From positions 15,916,616 to 15,980,615 of the forward strand of contig NC_068999.1 of assembly GCF_001194135.2 (NCBI RefSeq): 64,000 nt of DNA, in the 5' to 3' direction. The DNA is from Octopus bimaculoides. Taxonomy: Eukaryota. Below the pieces are notes generated by a model, which was not told where the DNA came from, did not search any database, and saw only the letters and a program-made list of their open reading frames with translations. The position numbers were made by a program, and so were the translations under genes. Shown here piece after piece: positions 26,761 to 39,921 of the stretch. How positions within the stretch are numbered: the stretch's first letter is position 1; each line of letters begins with the position of its first letter.

Positions 26761-28021
26761 CGTGGTTGCGTGTGCGTATGCATTTACAGGAATCTATCCA
26801 CACTTTTAATACATGCCTATTTTACTTTTTCTATCGTAATGTTTTGTATGAAATTTCCGTTGCAATCATGGACGATTAATAGCACCTTGTTATTCCTTTT
26901 CGAAAAAGTTTCTGATCTATAGCATTCGCACGTTCATATTGTATGTCCATTCTTTCGGTAATTTCATGTTCTCTGTACCTCAATCATGCACATATCGGCG
27001 AAAATTTCAGGAGAAACAATCTTTGATATTTTAGCCACCGATATATAAATTCACCCTAATTTCGTTATTATGTACTCTAAATTCTATGTCCTGTTTTCAC
27101 TTACAAGCCTCCACAGTCATACACAAACAATTATATATACACACAATGTCATAGTCACTCACATTATCACACACGCACACGAACAATTTCATTGAGTTAC
27201 ACACGTATATGTTTGGAATTATTGTTTGGCAAATTTGCGCAAAGCTATTTATCTGTTTCTGTTCCATCCTTGTTTCTCTTCATTTTGTTCGTTGCATTCA
27301 CAGAAATAAAGTACTTGAAACAAATATCCAATAATCTGAAAAGTTATTATTTTGTTGAAGTTTGAAGACTGCTTTATGAAGAGACAAGCTTAAACTGAAT
27401 AAATGAGATAAAGCAAACTTTAAATGGGCCTATAATCGAATAAATTTATGCATTTATGCAAATAACATTTTGTTAGCTTCCAGTTTGTTTTTATTTAATG
27501 CGATTATTATATTAGATGCTTTTGTATATATACAAATCACTTGAAAGATTTACCTTCAGCTACAATGCATTGAAAGATTAGCTAGCAATGTTCTAATTAT
27601 TGAATTTAAAGATCACACTAATATATAATTCAATTTTTATGTATCCACAAAATAAACAAAACAGTGGTAGGAGTTATATAAATTATGAATAGCGTTACAC
27701 ACGTCAGAGATACCATAGTAACATTTGCTGTATATACATTGTACCATTATTTAACATTCAGTGAGCCGCACTACGAAACATAATGCTATCGAGAACCGAT
27801 TTTGAAAGAGAGGTTCTATTCTCAGTCGATGGAAATAATTTTTTATGTATTTTCTTTGGGGCATTTTTCCTGTTGCGTATAAAATGAATCCTTATAAGAA
27901 AATTTATGCTTTCCCTCTTTCTTGCTCTCTCAGGCGTTGTAGTGTTGCAAAAAGCTTGCTTCCCAACCACGTATTTTCGGGTTCATGCCAACAGTGTGGT
28001 ACCTAAGGTAAGAAGTATTTT

Positions 28022-28530
28022 TACTCGAAGGGAAGTCAAAACTTATCCGCACTTTCACCATAATATATCTTTATTATTGACGCACTGCCTTCTGTGCATG
28101 CGTGTTTATAATTCGTACTATCGTGTTCACGTGATCGAAGTTTGAGACTCATCGCGCCATTTTTCTTTCTGGCTTTACAGTCTACCTGTTCCACTAGTAA
28201 TGTACACCAAAGAAGAACAAAGTGCAGTGATCCGATTTGTGTAGTCGGAAGGTGTGTCAGGTGCTAACATTCATCGGAGGCTTTTAGCAAAATGTGGGGA
28301 CAGATTGGATAGAGAAGTTTAAAAGTGGCTGAACAATCGTGACGGGACCAAGACGCCCGTCAAACTCGACCACTGACAAGATTATTTTGTAAGCTCGAGT
28401 GATAGCGATGGTGAAGCGTCGAGTTATCAAAGTCCAAAGCAAAAGAAATACGGAGGGAGAAAAGCGCCAACGAACCGCATGTGGCTCATGTACCAACATT
28501 TTGAAATGACCGGCAGTCAATGGGTGATGA
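28022..28530 (+). mobile_element. Degenerate mariner element, 5' end and N-terminal transposase (HTH)
   Basis: From ~28199: MYTKEEQSAVIRFV*SEGVSGANIHRRLLAKCGD, then WIEKFKSG*TIVT and RPSNSTTDK across indels. This is the typical mariner N-terminus (EQRAVIRFLxxEG...WxxxFKxGRTSxxD...GRP). A TIR-like start TACTCGAAGGGAAGTCAAAACTTATCCGCAC lies at ~28022. Confidence 0.8.
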
Positions 28531-28559
28531 AATATTTCTTTCTAAGAGCAGGAAGTATC

Positions 28560-29120
28560 TCTGTGTGTGTTTGTGTGTGTGTGTGGGGGGGGTATGTGCG
28601 TGCGTGTGAGTCTCTGTGTGTGCAATAGCATGTGTGAGCTTGTTTGTGTGTGTAATAGTATATGCGTGTACGTATGTTTGAGTGTGTGTAATAGCATGTG
28701 TGTGTGTGTATGTGTGAGTGAACTTTCGTCTCCTAATGTTGTCGAAAGAATTCAGCAGCATGGTGACAGGAGTGTTAGTCTTTGGTGTAGTGTGTGTTTC
28801 TTCACATGTCCGTAGAGGAAGGGTCAGAAGAAAGGTGTGTGACTGACAGTTTTAAGTATGTGTATGTGTGTGTATGTATGTGCGTGCGTGTATGTATATG
28901 TTGTGTGTCGTTTTGTGTGTGTATGTGCGTGTGTGTATGCGTGTGTGCGTGGGGGTGTGTGTGTGAGGTATATATGCGTTCCTGTGCGTGTTTGCTTGTA
29001 TGTGCGTGTGTGTGAGTGTGTGCGTGTATGTATGAGTGTGTGTTGTGTATGTGGGAGATATGTGTGTGTTCATGTGCGTGTGCGTGTCTATGTGTATGCT
29101 TATATATATGTGTGTGTGTA
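28560..29120. repeat. Degenerate TG-rich low-complexity tract
   Basis: Direct reading. Confidence 0.9.
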
Positions 29121-29324
29121 AGTATTTATACGTATATAACTTACTAAAACGCTAACTTACGAGGACATAAAACCTGTGGGGTTGGCGACAAATTACAGGC
29201 CCCAAAACTGCCTATATCTATCTATCTCTCTATCTCTCCTCTCTATCTAACTATCTATCTATCAATATTATATATAAGGGAAAGGGGGTCCGCATGTAAT
29301 AATCCACACATTATCCGTACAGCA

Positions 29325-29452
29325 AATCCATTCACAAGGCCTGAGTCACACCGAGACTATAGTAAAGGATACTATCCACAGGTGTCACACAATGGTACTG
29401 GACCAAGTATCATGTGATCGGGAAGTTAAATTCTTACCACAGAGCCACCCAA
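29325..29452 (-). mobile_element. SINE family 2 head, degenerate
   Basis: TCCATTCACAAGGCC...GAGACTATAGTAAAGGATAC...TTCTTACCACAGAGCCAC parallels 13690-13815. Confidence 0.6.
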
Positions 29453-29543
29453 ATGTTGCCCCCGCCTCCGCTAAGTTACTGGGATGTTAAGAAAAATTCA
29501 CCTGTTGGCAAGCGGTGGGGGAAAAAAGGTCCAAAACATAAAC

Positions 29544-29607
29544 ACGCACACACGTGCCCATACGCACACACGTGCCCATACGCACACACGTGCCCATACG
29601 CACACAC
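29544..29607. repeat. 18-bp minisatellite x3.5
   Basis: Unit ACGCACACACGTGCCCAT. Confidence 0.96.
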
Positions 29608-29689
29608 TTATATATAGAGAGGTGTATATATGTATGGAATATATATGTATGTACGCATGGAATATGTATGTGTGTATGTGTGTGTATTT

Positions 29690-29865
29690 AACGTTAAGAA
29701 GGGGCATCCAGCCGTAGAAATCATGCTAAATCAGAGTGGAACGTGGCAGCTCCCTGGCTTACTAGTATGGTACGGAAAGCAGATGCTAAAGGATGATAGT
29801 GATGATGACGATGAAGACGACGATGACGATGATGATGACGACGCTGATGGATGATGACGATGATA
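29690..29865 (+). mobile_element. RTE-type LINE 3' end with (GAT/GAC)n tail
   Basis: AAGAAGGGGCATCCAGCCGTAGAAATCATGC...GCAGATGCTAAAGGATGATAGTGATGATGAC. A trinucleotide tail is typical of RTE; the family is recognised by pattern only. Confidence 0.5.
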
Positions 29866-30098
29866 ATTATATATACCCATATATTCATCTGAGCGTGTGT
29901 TTGTGTGGGAAGTAATTATAAATATTCGTCTTCTAAGCGAATTAATATTCATCACTGGACAATTTTCAGTGTTTCATTTAGACCGTAACTAGCCCAGCAT
30001 CCCTTCAATTGCTATCTTGCAAGCGTATATGTCGAGCAACTCAGTTTCATATTTAGATATAACACAATTACGTATGTACAATCAGTTATATTTTTCCA

Positions 30099-30334
30099 AA
30101 GGCGGCGAGCTGGCAGAAACGTTAACGCGCCGGCCGAAATGCTTAGCGGTATTTCGTCTGCCGTTACGTTCTGAGTTCAAATTCCGCCGAGGTCGACTTT
30201 ACCTTTCATCCTTTCCTTTCGGAGTCGATAAATAAGTACCAGCTACACACTGGGGTTGATGTAATCGACTTAATCCCTCTGTCTGTCCTTGTTTGTCCCC
30301 TCTATATTTAGCACCTTGTGGGCAATAAAGAAAT
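30099..30334 (+). mobile_element. SINE family 1, best-preserved full-length copy
   Basis: Head AAGGCGGCGAGCTGGCAGAAACG (A-box-like), GAGTTCAAATTCC (B box), body GGAGTCGATAAATAAGTACCAG...GTAATCGACTT, tail GCAATAAAGAAATA. Confidence 0.9.
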
Positions 30335-30812
30335 ATATATATTCCCAACGTTTGTATTTTTCAGAGAAATAGCGGCGATAGGATAATAAGATCGAAATAC
30401 GGTAGCATTGATATAATATACAAAACATATTCAAGTAGTTTTTTGTGTTATATTGTTCCCTGGTTATATAACGATTTGTGTAATTGTTTGGAAAACATAT
30501 CTATATGTCGAAAACATTTCGTTTGAGCTATAAAGGTATATTATGTGCCTCTTATGACACAATGAGTATTTGGGCTATAGATGTCAGCTTTTTGCATTTT
30601 ATCATGTTAAATGTATTAATTCTAGAGATATGACAAATGCCCTTTCATTCATATTGCATGAAAATATAATTCATATTTCCGAATGTTATGTGAACCAGCC
30701 ACAACGTATAATCTAAGCTACTCGATCAAGAAACACAATGAAACTGCAAAGGTAATATTGATTTGGGCTTCACCGATCAACATCTCACTCTATTCAATAT
30801 AAATCGACAATG

Positions 30813-31012
30813 AAGGCAGCAAGCTCGCAGAAATGTTAACACGTCGGGCGAGATGCTTAGGGGTATTGTGTCTGTCTTTACGCTCTAAGTTCAAATTCCG
30901 CCGGGGTCGACTTTGGCTGTCATTCTTTCGGGGTCGATAAATTAAGTATCAGCAGCGTACTGAGGTCAATCTAATCGACTGCTCCCTCCTCCAAAATTTC
31001 GGGCCTTGTGCT
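30813..31012 (+). mobile_element. SINE family 1 copy
   Basis: AAGGCAGCAAGCTCGCAGAAATG...AAGTTCAAATTCCGCC...GGGGTCGATAAATTAAG...GGGCCTTGTG. Confidence 0.85.
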
Positions 31013-31027
31013 TAAAGAATTTCCTTT

Positions 31028-31123
31028 AAGGTGGCGAGCTGGCAGAAACGTTAGTACGCCGGACGAAATACGTAGTGGTATTTCGTCTGCCGTTACGTTC
31101 TGAGTTCAAATTCTGTCGAGGTC
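31028..31123 (+). mobile_element. SINE family 1, 3'-truncated copy
   Basis: AAGGTGGCGAGCTGGCAGAAACGTTAG...GTTCTGAGTTCAAATTCTGTCGAGGTCG. Confidence 0.88.
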
Positions 31124-33363
31124 GGAATATATATGACGCACTTCCAAACAGTTTATATCCACCATACTGACGCGTCATTCCTCAGCTTGAGTTAGAATAG
31201 AAGTTCCTTGTCAAGTTGCCGCGCAAAGGGACCCAACACGAACTCATTTGGTTGTTAAACGACATTCCATACAACACAGGGATACTTTCTCCCTGCCGTG
31301 ATTACCAGAAGAATGCCAAAAACAAAAATGCCTGGATGATGAAGTTCATAAATATGTCATCTCAGATCTGTTGTATTCAAGAATTAATACTGACATGAAG
31401 TTAAGCAACAACAGTAATATCTACAACAACAATAGTTTACCATAATTCTCATTTTACATTTATATATTTAACAAAGTAATCCAAATATGTTGACGTTACA
31501 AGCCACAGCTCATTGTTGAGTGTACCTGGTCAAACGATGAAGCAAGCTAAAGTTTGGTAGATGCCCACCACCTGCAAATCTCAGGAATTCTAATGCTATA
31601 CTTCTGATATTTATTTAATATTTCACAGTTGTCTCACAAATTTGGAAACCTTTATCAGAAAGAGTTCTTCAAAAACAAAATTTCTAAACATGCAAACAAA
31701 AAGTCATTTCCGTGATCGGTAAATATTTATTCACCAACTTTTCACGGAATTACCCAAAGAACATTTGTTTCTACCTCTGTCACTCCTCGTATAAATTAGC
31801 ACACTGTATACTACCTTCACCTAGATCCACAAATGTATCCTTTACTCTCCAATGGTCTCGCCTCCTAGCTCTCTAATTACACAATGTCGTAAAACAGGTA
31901 CATTAAGCCTTGTGATTACTAATTATGTTGATCTAAGGCTATTTAAGCAAAGCTAGGAATTCGTTGCTAAGAGCCTGAGGGAATTCTCATTTCTTCTCTT
32001 CCACAACCTAACCGAACATCTTTAAATCTTATATTTTCCGCATAGCAACTAATACCAGCGTTGATACACAAAGCGACTGAGTACCTAAAACACGTATTTG
32101 AACAAAGCGATGAATATATATACGAATATTGACTTACTTTTTCCCCTTTATTTAACAAAGAAAAACACAAAAAAACAATCGATTCAACCATCTGCGGCTT
32201 TGTTCATAAATCTAAAGACGGTCCAATTACAATAGATCCCATATTTACATAGTATACTGAATTGATAGTCAATTAAATCAAATGTAATATTTTTCATGCA
32301 CTTATTTTAACAATTATGTCTGCATTAAGTCGTCAAAAGGAAATAGCGAATAACATTCATTTAGTTCAACGTTGTAGACTATATACTTCTCTATCATTTT
32401 ATTTACGTAAATATAATATATTGATAATTAAATACTAAAGCGCTTCTCAAAACGAATTGTTTATTCAAGGTTTTGCAACTGAGACACGATAATACAGTCT
32501 GGATTATTTTCTAAAGAGTCCTGTCGCAAAACTATTCGCTTACTGAAGTCTGCGTCTGTCACAAAATTCTAATAAAAATAACATATGACAATATTGTGAC
32601 ATAAAACAAAACAAAAACGTATATATGCTTCATCCAGTTGTTTATATTATCTGATATCTCCTAGGAAAGCCATTCATCATAACAAGGCAAACATTGAGTA
32701 AACTTACAAGTAAAGGCAAAATGGTGTACAGAATAACTATACATACATACACACATACATACATACGTACATACGTTCGTTCATACATACATCCATATAT
32801 ACATACAGATACATATATACATACGTACGTAAGTACATAAATACATATATGCATACACACATACATACATACATACATACATACATGCATACATACACAA
32901 TGTGTCCTCGTCATGTTATTTTCATTCGTAGTAGTATTAGTATTATATATATAGTATGTGCTCTTTTTTTTTCATGTTAGATGTGTATGACTGTCTTTGT
33001 TTTGTATTTATCGTTATTTTTTTCTTCTTTAAATTTAGTTTTCAGAAAGATTTACAGTAAGGAACGTTATATATCTCAATTATAGTATATCGCATTATTT
33101 CTTTATTTGATTTGATTTGATTTTCTTTCGTTTCTTGGTAGATGACTGATATAATAGGATTATCTTCCTGAGTGAATGACAAAATGAATAGAATAATTTT
33201 GTTAAATTAACTGACTGATTGTTCGAGGTTTCATTATTATATTGAGGTAAAAGCACCCATTTATTACTAAAACAAACACGGTCTGACTTATTGATTTTGA
33301 AATGTCTGTTAGCGGAACGGAGCTTTCTTGAATAAAATAATACAAGCAACGAAAATAGCACTA

Positions 33364-33399
33364 ATAATAATAGTAATAATAATAATAGTAATAATAATA

Positions 33400-33493
<94 letters not shown>

Positions 33494-33507
33494 TAATAAT
33501 AATAATA
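33364..33507. repeat. (AAT)n microsatellite
   Basis: Direct reading; source of the poly-Ile ORFs. Confidence 0.98.
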
Positions 33508-35253
33508 AGGCCGATCATGATAACAGCAGTAATAACATCAGTTTCAACAAAAGACATTGATATATATCTATGAACACACACAAACAAATATATATATATT
33601 ACATTTACGCACATATATATGCATGGATATGTATATAAACGTGTGTGTATACGGATATATATACATATACATACATACCCACACACACACATATATACAT
33701 ATACNNNNNNNNNNNNNNNNNNNNNNNNNNNNNNNNNNNNNNNNNNNNNNNNNNNNNNNNNNNNNNNNNNNNNNNNNNNNNNNNNNNNNNNNNNNNNNNN
33801 NNNNNNNNNNNNNNNNNNNNNNNNNNNNNNNNNNNNNNNNNNNNNNNNNNNNNNNNNNNNNNNNNNNNNNNNNNNNNNNNNNNNNNNNNNNNNNNNNNNN
33901 NNNNNNNNNNNNNNNNNNNNNNNNTATATATATATATATATATATTCAAACATATAAAAGAGTAAGTTTTCTTGTTATTGTTGCTGGTTGCTGTTGACTT
34001 TTGTCTATTTTAGTATTTGCGTTGGGACTTCACATATTCTGTCTGCTGGTTTTCTCTTTCCAAACAGAAGGCAAGCATAAGAAAAATGTAAAAAGAAAGT
34101 GAAACCTCAACCTCAACCATCCACCTCCTCCACTCCATACTACCTATAGAACAGTTAAATGCACGAGTGAGGTAGTACTGGCAGCAGCAGAGGAAATTAT
34201 TGTGTTCACTTTATAGGCTATTAGTTAGTCTCTTTCGAAAACTTTCTTTAAGCATCAGTAGTATTTATTTAAATCGATCGTTGGAAAATTTAGTTCAACA
34301 GCAGAAAGAAGAGAAACGTCTTAATTCTACCATTCCCAATCGTTTACCACAATGCAAATAATATACAGACGTAGTCGAAAAGAACAAATTTGTAACATAA
34401 AGCAGAAACAGTTATATCATTCAATTTGCTTGAACATAAACAGCCATGATGAAACACACATACGTATTCAAATTTATTTCTATAGATATGATGAGAGCTA
34501 ATTTTAAATATGTGTATGTATGCGTATGTGCGCATGTGCGTGCTTGAGTATGAATATGATTTAACCAATTTGCTTGAGATATATTTAACAACATATTTTT
34601 ACATCAAAATTGAAAAATGAAAATATATTAAAATTAAAGAGCTCATTACGAAGAAGCAGATGCTATGTTTAGTCTACGGTGGAACAAATGAAGCAACGAA
34701 ATACCTAATTTGAGACTAAAGACACGCCCTCTCAGTCCACGTTTTGTTATAATTTTTTATCAATTCTTTATTGTTCGATTTAATTGTATCTTTGTCATAG
34801 ATTTTTATGTTGCTAAAGTTTTCAAAATATAACAAAGTTGATATTCCTTCTACCCCCAATTAATATGGTAAAAAATATTCCACTAATATCTTTGAGCCAC
34901 GTAAATACAATGATCGTAGTATTGGCAGAAATACTTTAGAAGAAATATGTTATTACTTTGTATTTATGAAGAGAGGAATGGTTCTTTACAAATTATACAA
35001 AGAAAGAGATATACACAGGTGCACACAAACCCACACATGTATACATAAATCCACATTTATACTTATATAGATATACGTATGTGTATGTGTTCATGAAAAT
35101 ACGCATATATGTATATGTATGTGTGTGCACATACGTATGTACACCCACGATTGCATTTATCTATCGATGTATCTATCTATTGATGTAAATACATATATAA
35201 ATATATGTATAAATGTATGTATATATATATATATATATAAACACACAGATATT

Positions 35254-35303
<50 letters not shown>

Positions 35304-38300
35304 TATGTATATATATACACATATATACATATATACATACACACGCACACACACACACACANNNNNNNNNNNNNNNNNNNNNNNNNNNNNNNNNNNNNNN
35401 NNNNNNNNNNNNNNNNNNNNNNNNNNNNNNNNNNNNNATATATAAAAATAAATATATATATATATATATATATAGATAGATAGATAGATAGATATAGATA
35501 TAGATATATATACTTATATACGTATATATGCACACACATACACACAAGTGTCTGTGTGGGCATATGCGTATATGTGTGTGGGGTGTCTTTATTAATGACT
35601 CAGTAGTGGGCATATTGTATTTGTGAAAAAAATATGTGCTTGAGCATAAGACCATATGCATAATTAAAATCATAAAACAAATAAAAGAATGTGATAATGG
35701 AATACAATGGTTATATATTGCAACTGTCTTATGAATAAATATTCATGGTGAAACTAACATATGTTCAAGTACCTTTATAAATACATTCATATTTTCATAT
35801 ACACACATACACTAATCCATGCACCCACTACACACACACACACGTGTGTGTGTGTGTGTGTTTCCGAAACTGGTATGCTTTGTGAAACAATGGAAAATTA
35901 TATGGAAAAAAAAAAAGAATTGTGCTCGTAAAGTAAGATGTATCAACTATTCTATCACTAAATTTAAATTCCTCATTTTCTCAAATGGTAGGCTAAATAG
36001 GTCCAACATAATCATTCCTATGCTTCAATTCCCTAACACAGAAATGCTATTGAATTAAAATCAAACGAAATTTTATAGAATCTTGAAAGCTATATGAGTG
36101 TGTGCATGTACGTATATGCATGATTGTGTGTATGTATACGTGCGTGTGTATGTGTGTGTGTGTGCGTGTGTAAGTGTTATGCGCGCGCGAGCGGGCATGT
36201 GTCTTGGCTTATACTTTGTCCTTAAGCATTAACTAATAAAAATCAAGGGCAACGTTTAGGTGGTTGGACATTGTTTTAATTTGAAATATATATAATCTGT
36301 CCTACATATTTTTCCTGTTGATCAGAATCTTAAAATGATAATTTGAAACTATCAGTTATTTTGTCAAAATGTACGTTGCGGCGGCCAGGAATATATTTCG
36401 AATGTAGCTGCATATAATTTTCCAAGTAATCTTGTGTCTCACTTTTTGGATTTTAAAATTTCCTTTGAAAATATGTCTGATGAAAAGCTTCAATTCTTTT
36501 CCCATTATGTCATGCTATTTATCAGAAGCATATTATATACATAGAAAATGTGAGATATTTGTAAGGAAATTCCTTGTTATAGAATATCATTCACCTTCCG
36601 ATAGAATATGAGTTATATTCATTTATTCTACAAGTCTCCTTTCGCTTTCTCTTTTTTTTTTTTCGCATGGTGAATTATATACTTTTCCGGAATTTTCTAT
36701 GCGGACGAATCCTTAAAGCCATGTACCAAAAACTTACCTAGTCGGAGACAGGAAAGAATGAGAGAATGCATATGAATTCAATCATTCAGAGAAATCATTT
36801 GAGTAATAGAATCCTTACAATAGTATTATGATGTTACATTTATGGCTCTTTTGATTTATGATATTGATTATTGATCTCTTTTAATCTTATACGCATTCTT
36901 CAGATGTGTGTTATTCAATAACGCCCTTAGTATTATTATATCAAATCTGCTATTCAAAGCATTGGACAAGAAAAGACTAAAAGGCGCTTTTCAATGAACT
37001 TTTGAGTGGCTGCTTGGCTATCGTGAGCACAAAAGACAAAAACATATACAAAAGGGAAAAAAAGTGATATATAACAACAATCAGTTCTAGAGCTCTTGGC
37101 AGCTGACACTGCGTTTGAGTAGTTTCGGCAGTGTCATGCAGTCTTTCTTTCTACATATCAGATAATTCCCATTGAATAATTTCTGAAGTCAGAGTAACTG
37201 TTACCAAATTTATTCTTTTATGTATCATCGAATCTGTTATACTCTAGTGGTTACTAAGATAGTGTGTTAATATCTATCATTTTAAATAAAATAATCCGCT
37301 GTTGTTTTGTTGTTAGGGTTGCTGCTGTAGATTGTTTCTTCTATATTTTCTGTTCTTTAAGTCAAATTATTTGACAAACAATAAGAAATGCTTCATTTTT
37401 GGTAGATAAAGGAGAAGAAAGAATTATAAAACTTATTGCATAAAATTGAATTATATACAAAGACGGTTAATGACCGAACAATATAGAATATGTGTGTGAA
37501 AGCATTTCTAAATATATAAAGAAAAGAAAATTGCCGTTGAGAATTGCTTAATATATACTGTGAGACATGAATTAACATGAATAAGACATATCTATTATAG
37601 CATTAATCAGTGAATATCCTGATATAAGTTGAACGCAACTAAACTTCAGATGATGTGGCATTACTATATAAGAATATTTACTATGTGCGATAATGTCTCC
37701 TACTTTACTTTCCATAGAAAAAATGAATATTTACAGCATTTCATATGAATATTATCTTGTTCAAATGCCGCCCGTCATAATTGTCTGAGCTGGATAATTA
37801 TTAGGAAAAAGACGAGGACAATGGGCATTCCATATATTAACTCAGTTTTATGCTGGAGAGAAACGCACCGCATTTTATAGGTAAGTAAACATATTAAGCG
37901 AAGACGAATAAGAGTTTACATATGCAAAGAGAAATTGGAGATAAACAGAATACAAAATATCCATATATAATAAAGTAATTGCTAAGAAATTACTCTCAGC
38001 ACAAAAGAATTCTAAACTAGCGTGGAACATCGATCATCTTGAAGGAAATTTGAAAGAATATGAATTTTTTAACAATATTCTTTCTATAGAATTTGTTCGA
38101 AGTAGAAAGTTGATGGAAATAGAAAGAAACAATATTCAGAATTATTAAATTCAAACATCACTATATTTCAATAAATTTTCTTCGGTAGGACCCAATCAAT
38201 CGCAATATCAAACTTCCATATAAGGATAGAAATGCTTGCTTTGTAAACAAATGAGTTTTATGTATCGGGTGTTGTTTCAAACACGCAATTTACAGAACAA

Positions 38301-38354
38301 TTTCTTTGTGAAATTTTAACAATGAAAGAAACCACATTATAGACAATAACGAAT

Positions 38355-38357
<3 letters not shown>

Positions 38358-38423
<66 letters not shown>

Positions 38424-38438
38424 GTGATGATGATGATG

Positions 38439-38495
<57 letters not shown>

Positions 38496-38510
38496 TTGAT
38501 GATGATGATG
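38358..38510. repeat. Compound (AAT)n(GAT)n microsatellite
   Basis: Direct reading. Confidence 0.98.
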
Positions 38511-38914
38511 ACGGTTTTAAGAAAATAATGGATGAGGAAAACAAGTCGTTCTGTGTATTGATGAAAATTATGTTAATAAAATGAAACAATATATTATAAA
38601 GATGAATTACAATTTAATAAAAATGAATCAATATCAAATACACATGATAGCAATAAGTTAAAAAGCAAATTATTGACTAAAATATATTTCTTTGAAATAA
38701 TTTCTACTGATCGCATAATTTATGTAAGGGAGATTTATAACAAAACCGTTTGCTACGTCGTGTCAACTCCACTCGGTTTTCCTATATTTATTATATGTTT
38801 AGTGTATCCCTACTTCAATACTACGCAATGTGAATTTATATGAAACTCAACGCTCACCACAGGGTCGATATAAACTTCTGTAAGTAATCACATGTTCATG
38901 ATACTCTTTTACTA

Positions 38915-39119
38915 TTTTACTCTTTTACTTGTTTCAGTCATTTCACTGCGGCCATGCTGGAGCACCGCCTTTAGTCGAGAAAATCGACCCCGGGACATAT
39001 TCTTTGGATGCCTAGTACTTATTCTATCGGTCTCCTTTGCCGAACCGCTAGATTACGGGGACGTAAACATACCACCATCGGTTGTCAAGCGTTGTTGGGA
39101 GACTAACACAGACACACAA

Positions 39120-39160
<41 letters not shown>
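38915..39160 (-). mobile_element. SINE family 2 3' half, well preserved, running into (CA)n and a gap
   Basis: TACTCTTTTACTTGTTTCAGTCATTTCACTGCGGCCATGCTGGAGCACCGCC...TATTCTATCGGTCTC...GGGGACGTAAAC...GGTTGTCAAGCG. Confidence 0.88.
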
Positions 39161-39772
39161 NNNNNNNNNNNNNNNNNNNNNNNNNNNNNNNNNNNNNNNN
39201 NNNNNNNNNNNNNNNNNNNNNNNNNNNNNNNNNNNNNNNNNNNNNNNNNNNNNNNNNNNNNNNNNNNNNNNNNNNNNNNNNNNNNNNNNNNNNNNNNNNN
39301 NNNNNNNNNNNNNNNNNNNNNNNNNNNNNNNNNNNNNNNNNNNNNNNNNNNNNNNNNNNNNNNNNNNNNNNNNNNNNNNNNNNNNNNNNNNNNNNNNNNN
39401 NNNNNNNNNNNNNNNNNNNNNNNNNNNNNNNNNNNNNNNNNNNNNNNNNNNNNNNNNNNNNNNNNNNNNNNNNNNNNNNNNNNNNNNNNNNNNNNNNNNN
39501 NNNNNNNNNNNNNNNNNNNNNNNNNNNNTATATATATAGTAAGATATGTTGTCTCTATGCCACAACACTTAAGTTTGATAAATTCCCTGGGATATATATT
39601 CACCAAATAATTTATTGCACTTAGTAGATTACCAGAATCTACACTTACCTAATTCACTGGTATATGAGCTTGTTCTCTTAAGAGTATTACATTATGTTAT
39701 ATTAATGCAATGTTTCACCTCAGATATTCGATAAATTATGTTTAGCAATGGGTTTATTTTGATCTGTTTTAG

Positions 39773-39921
39773 TACTGGATGAGTTATCCATGATCCACAA
39801 GCAGTACCCGTGTGCATAGGAAGACGAAATACACCGATATTTGATATGCAACCACTACAGAAACGAAAGCCTCGTGAGGAATCAAAAATACGATTTTGAC
39901 AAATTCAAGACTGATTCTGGA
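39773..39921 (+). pseudogene. Exon-like segment with one in-frame TAG (LDELSMIHKQYPCA*EDEIHRYLICNHYRNESLVRNQKYDFDKFKTDSG)
   Basis: Acceptor TTTATTTTGATCTGTTTTAG, TAG at 39817-39819, donor GGA|GTAAAG. No homolog recognised. Confidence 0.2.

Noticed and set aside
37104-37136. Hairpin TGACACTGC...GCAGTGTCA with a miR-34-like GGCAGTGT
   Set aside because: Only a 9-bp stem with poor extension; too short for a pre-miRNA, and the rest does not match miR-34.
39773-39800. LDELSMI resembling the PIF1/Helitron Walker B (IDEISM)
   Set aside because: No following FGG...GDxxQL motif or upstream Walker A.
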